The translations under genes were made by a program, and so were the position numbers. The notes beneath the pieces are model-generated. The model saw only the letters and a program-made list of their open reading frames with translations. It did no database searches and was not told the DNA's origin. Positions 59,501 through 64,000 of a stretch of DNA of 64,000 nucleotides are shown here, piece by piece (the first letter of the stretch is position 1; every line of letters starts with the position of its first letter). The stretch spans positions 117,001 through 181,000 of the forward strand of contig NIVC01002359.1 of the NCBI GenBank assembly GCA_002269645.1, read 5' to 3'. This stretch comes from Macrostomum lignano. Taxonomy: Eukaryota.

Positions 59501-62500
59501 AGACTATGAGGATGTGAGACTTTGAGGATGTGATACTTTGTTGAAGGATGCGAGACTTTGAGGATGAGACTTTGAGGATGTGAGACTTTGAGGATGTGAG
59601 ACTTTGAGGATGCGAGACTTTGAGGATGTGAGACTTTGAGGATGTGAGACTTTGAGAATGTGAGACTTTGAGGATGAGAGACTTTGAGGATGTGAGACTT
59701 TGAGGATGTGAGACTTTGTTGAGGGATGTGAGACTTTGAGGATGTGAGACTTTGAGGATGGCCGCCTTCAAAAAGTCAAGATGTCACAACATTCATAACA
59801 TTGTTATGAAATTCTAAATCAAATTTGAAGCGACGAACCCCCCCCCCCGCTCACCCTTTGACGTAGGGCGAGGCGCCGCTACCGGAACCGGCCAGGTTGC
59901 GGCAATTCTGCACCCACACTTCCAGGCGCCCACCGACCGGCTTGCGATCGTTGTGCTCAACTTTGCTGTTTGAGTCGTCCCTGGCCAGTTGGTTGGCTTT
60001 GATTAGCTCCCCGCTGACGTACCGGAGTGCCAGCATAATGTCGCCGCGGTACATCAGAGTCGGCAGCGGCACGGGAATTTCAACTCGCCTACCCAGATGG
60101 AGCACCTGAGGCCCGCCGTCGAAGCGGTAGTTCTCCATGGCGATGCGGGCCTCGCCAAGGAATACGTTCGAACCGAAGGTCAGGCTGTGCCACACAGACA
60201 CCTGCGGGAGAGGTTTAGACAGGCTGAAGAGTCACAGCTGAGTCACAAGGTGGGGAGCCACTCACAGCTGAGTGACAGGGTGGGGAGTCACTCACAGCTG
60301 AGTGAAAGGATGGGGAGTCACTCACAGCTGAGTGACAGGGTGGGGAGTTACTCAGGGTGGGGAGTCACTCACAGCTGAGTCACAGGGTGGGGAGTCACTC
60401 ACTGAGTGAAAGGCTGAGTGAAAGGATGGGGAGTCACTCACTGTTAATCAGCTGTGAGTGACTCCCACCCTGTCACTCACAGCTGATTAACAGGATGGGG
60501 AGTCATTCAAGCGTGAGACGGGCAAGTTAGAAGGCAGCAGCTTCCAGAACCGGTGACCCCCCCCCAGCCCAAAGCCCCAGGCCAGCCACCTGCAGAGTCC
60601 GGGTCTCCAGCTCGCTCTTGACAATATCGTAGACCAGCTGCTCGCTGTAGATGGGGTTGGCCGTGGCCCTCCTGGTCTGGGTCCGCCGCTTGGACCGCTT
60701 GGTCTTGTCCGGCAGCAGGTAGGTCTTCACGTACGGATTCGGCGGATTGCCGTCTAGCGCGTGCAAATTGCGGCACTGCACTACATTAACGGTGAAGCGG
60801 CGCTCTTTGTAATTGTACTGCAGGTTGACCTCGACCTCGCCGCTCGGCTCCGGAACGTGAGAGTAGGAGGCCTCGTTCTCGCTCACGTTGCTGGCCAGAG
60901 ACTCTCGGCTAGCCTGAGGTTAAGAAGGAGCCGGCCGGTTTGTTTGGACAGATTATCTTAGAATTCACTTAAAACTCGTAAAATTCTTTTCTCAAAATTT
61001 CTTTTAACTCCATCCCTCATTCTTTAACCATCCAATCCATTCCTTGTCCATCTGCACCCCCCTCTCGGAACAGCCACCTAACTCCCTGCCCATCTGCACC
61101 CGTCTGTCGGAACAGCCACCTAACTCCCTGCCCATCTGCACCCGTCTGTCGGAACAGCCACCTAACTCCCTGCCCAACTGCACCCTTCTCTCGGTACAGC
61201 CACCTCACTCCCTGCCCAACTGCACCCCTCACTCCACTCGGAACAAGCCACCTCACTCCCTGCCCATCTGCACCCCTCTCTCGTACAGCCACCTCACTCC
61301 CTGCCTATCTGCACCCCTCGCTCAGCCGTGCTGACTCAGACAGGTTTAAAATCGCTCGTCAAATACCAAATTCAAGACACAGTAGTCAATAAAAAAACGG
61401 TCGTAAAAACACGGGAAAGCAAAGTTAAAAACTGTTTTATAGGATTTTAAAAACACGTCCGGTGAGCTAAAAGAAGCAAAATTAAGAGACGAACTCGCAG
61501 AACCGCGGGCAGCGCCATGAAGCAGGACTTGCTGGGCAGGTTGCCGATACTCGAACTTCGACGTCGTTGATTTCGACAGTCGCTGCTGTCGTCAACGCCG
61601 TCCTCGCCGCCGCCGCTGCCGGTCGATGCGTCGGCATTCGGCAGCGGCAGTCGCAGTCGGTTCATAAAGGCGTTAGAGAGGCGTCGAACGCCAGAAACCT
61701 CGGGCGACTTTGCCCGCGCCGGAGACGCGTCGCTGGCAGCCGCCGATGCTGCGGCAGCCAGCGGCAAGTCCGGACAGGACGAAGAGGCCCGTCGCTGGGT
61801 GTAGCCGATGAGGAACTGCTGCAGGGTGCTGGCCGTGTTGAACACGTCCGTCAGGGACAAGCTCGACTCATCTTTGCCGTTGGATTCGATCGGCTTATCG
61901 TTGCGAAATTGCGTTATTGATTTTTTGTTAATATGCTGACACTATGGGCGCTATTTTAAATTACTATAAATTCGGCCAAGTACTAATTAATAAGTGTTAG
62001 TCAAGCAGCCAGAGAAGCGGTTACAAGTTTAATTTGTTATAATGGTTACGGAAACTCCATCTGAAATTTTAAAACAGCCAAGTGAAGCCGGAAATACCAG
62101 AAACACCGTTGATTCACCGGGCACCACCTGCCAGTCCTGACAGCAATTTTGACACCCTGACTGACAACCCCTGAGACTCTTGACAGACCCGACTGACAAC
62201 CACTGACTCCTACTGACACTCCTGACACCTACTGACACTCCTGACTCCTACTAATACTCTTGACAACAACTTACAACCCAGATAAAATGTTGGTAATCAG
62301 AAAAAAACTTCGAGCAGCCGGTTGCAGAAAGACAAAGCGGATTTCGCCGCGCTCACCGTATCTGCCATCATCAGGTTGCCGCCCCGTCTGGGCTGCCGAA
62401 AGCCCCCAAGTTCCGAGCCAGGAGTCGAGCCGAAGCTGCCAGCGCGCATGGCCTGCTCAATCAGGATGCCGCCATTGTCCAGTTCGTCCAGGTTTTGACC

Positions 62501-62524
62501 GGCCATGGACACGGAGTCGTCCGG
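56562..62524 (-). CDS. SYTL: Synaptotagmin-like protein (Slp/bitesize family) with C-terminal tandem C2 domains; 5' part incomplete
   Basis: Exons 62524-62357, ~61935-~61495 (boundaries uncertain), 60913-60590, 60201-59855, 58924-58698 and 56701-56562 with consistent phases. C2A: GEVEVNLQY...NPYVKTYLLPDKTKRSKRRT. C2B: SPYVKGYL...RSLELTVWDHVKIGRNDFLGGVRLN. Slp-type tail MDARGHESLMWTRMLEKPNDWVEGSLLLRPSM. Confidence 0.88.
56843..58606. repeat. 10/11-bp minisatellite (AGAAGCTACCC) filling the last SYTL intron
   Basis: Direct tandem copies. Confidence 0.97.
59035..59760. repeat. 16-bp minisatellite (GAGGATGTGAGACTTT) with 23-bp variants, in a SYTL intron
   Basis: Direct tandem copies. Confidence 0.95.
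60228..60510. repeat. ~30-bp intronic repeat (GGGTGGGGAGTCACTCACAGCTGAGTGACA)
   Basis: Several imperfect copies. Confidence 0.85.
61040..61315. repeat. 42-bp intronic minisatellite (GGAACAGCCACCTAACTCCCTGCCCATCTGCACCCGTCTGTC)
   Basis: Direct tandem copies. Confidence 0.9.
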
Positions 62525-62569
62525 CTGCGCAGTTCAAAATTCAGATTTAAATTTTTTAATTTACCATTG

Positions 62570-63570
62570 AAAAACCGACACCGATATTGTAAAACCAACA
62601 CTGACATCGAGAAGGCGAAAAAACATAGAGAAACAAGAAACCGACATCGAGAAACCGACACCGACATCGAGAAACCGATACCGACATCGACAAACCGACA
62701 CCGACATCAACAAACCGACACCGACATCGAGAAACCGACACAGACATGAAGAAACCGACACAGTTTTTCGGGAAACGAGAAATCGACATCAAGAAACCGA
62801 CATCGACATCGAGAAACCGACACCCGACATTGAGAAACAAGAAACCGACATCGAGAAACCGACACCGACATCGAGAAACCGACATCGAGAAACCGACACC
62901 GACATCGAAAGACCGACATCGACATCGACAAACCGACACCGACATCGAGAAACCGACCGACACAAATCAAGAAACCGACACCATTTTTCGAGAAACGAGA
63001 AACTGACATCGAGAAACCGACATCGAGAAACCGACATCAAGAAACCGACATCAAAGAAAACGACATCGAGAAACCGACATCGAGAAACCGACCGACACAA
63101 ATCAAGAAACCGACACCATTTTTCGAGAAACGAGAAACCGACATCGAGAAACCCACATCAAGAAACCGACATCAAGAAACCGACATCGAGAAACCGACAA
63201 TCGAGAAACCGACATCGACATCGACAAACCGACACCGACATCGAGAAACCGACCGGACACAAATCAAGAAACCGACACCATTTTTCGAGAAACTAGAAAC
63301 CGACATCGAGAAACCGACATCGAGAAACCGACATCAAGAAACCGACATCAGAAACCGACATGGAGAAACCGACATCGAGAAACCGACATCGAGAAACCGA
63401 CCGACACAAATCAAGAAACCGACACCATTTTTCGAGAAACGAGAAACCGACATCAAAAACCGACATCGAAAACCGACATCGAGAAACCGACATCGAGAAC
63501 CGACATCGAGAAACCGACATCGAGAAACTGACACCGACATCGTGAAACCACACCGACATCAAACCGATAT
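62570..63570. repeat. Complex repeat of AAACCGACA(C/T)CGA / CATCGAGAAACCGA motifs
   Basis: Interleaved 6-14 bp subunits with higher-order blocks. Confidence 0.92.
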
Positions 63571-63645
63571 TGAAAACTTTCAATAACACTTCAAGGAAAA
63601 CATATTAACATGCATCCATTTCTGGCAGGAAAGCTACGTTCTTAC

Positions 63646-63895
63646 CAGAATTTCCTCGTCTGGTCTGGTGAGTGCACCGTGATGGAGACGGAGGCTGGAC
63701 TGTCTGGGTGACTCTTGCTCGTTGACTCAGCGCGGATGCAGCCGGCGGCGGCGCGGCGGCGCGGCCGCGGCCTCTTGTCCCTTTCTGGTCCTTCCGCGCC
63801 TTCTGTCTTTCAGCCTGCTTCTCAGCCTCCAGCTGCCTCTGACGCTCCTCCTGCTCAGCTTTCTTCTGCTCTCGCGCTGCGCTCTTCCTGTACGA
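63646..63895 (-). CDS. Probable upstream SYTL exon (charged coiled-coil), with a frame inconsistency
   Basis: TTTCCAG acceptor and CTG|GTAAG donor. It reads SYRKSAAREQKKAEQEERQRQLEAEKQAERQK..., but a phase-0 join to ...PDEEIL|PDDSVSM needs 252 nt and only 250 are present. Confidence 0.5.
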
Positions 63896-64000
63896 CTGGA
63901 AAGTTTTCGATTGGGCGGGTCTGACAGCTTACAGACTGAAAACTTACAGACTTGACAGATTTTACAGACTTGACAGACTGACAGACTTACAGACTTGACA

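Noticed and set aside
355-63589. Other repetitive ORFs (355-1130, 3108-3804, 7549-8787, 13494-14320, 17045-17644, 24373-25077, 42913-43750, 45998-46725, 51568-52650, 59160-59771, 62556-63589)
   Set aside because: All are translations of mini- or microsatellites, mostly inside introns of identified genes.

Overview
Metazoan nuclear DNA with spliced genes whose introns are filled with distinct minisatellites. The style resembles a flatworm such as Macrostomum, but that is an inference. Five host genes are supported: a RagC/D GTPase (minus, 3' exons not found in the window), a complete six-exon isovaleryl-CoA dehydrogenase (minus), a Ctr/SLC31 copper transporter (plus), a NET-family (NocA/Elbow/ZNF503-703) zinc-finger gene (plus) and a synaptotagmin-like tandem-C2 gene (minus, 5' part incomplete). 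The centre holds a very young, full-length Ty3/gypsy LTR retrotransposon (25114-33756) with near-identical LTRs, a TAAT target duplication, a tRNA-His PBS and a -1 slippery site plus pseudoknot. In the env position it carries an intact extra ORF that is not env: a degenerate J-domain (no HPD) fused to a full-length TatD-like barrel that has lost its metal ligands. This is the most novel signal. Other notable items are a hAT MITE carrying a 28S rRNA-like fragment across the R2/I-PpoI target site, several other MITEs (one nested), a CORE-type SINE, and single-base homopolymer deletions that look like assembly errors.
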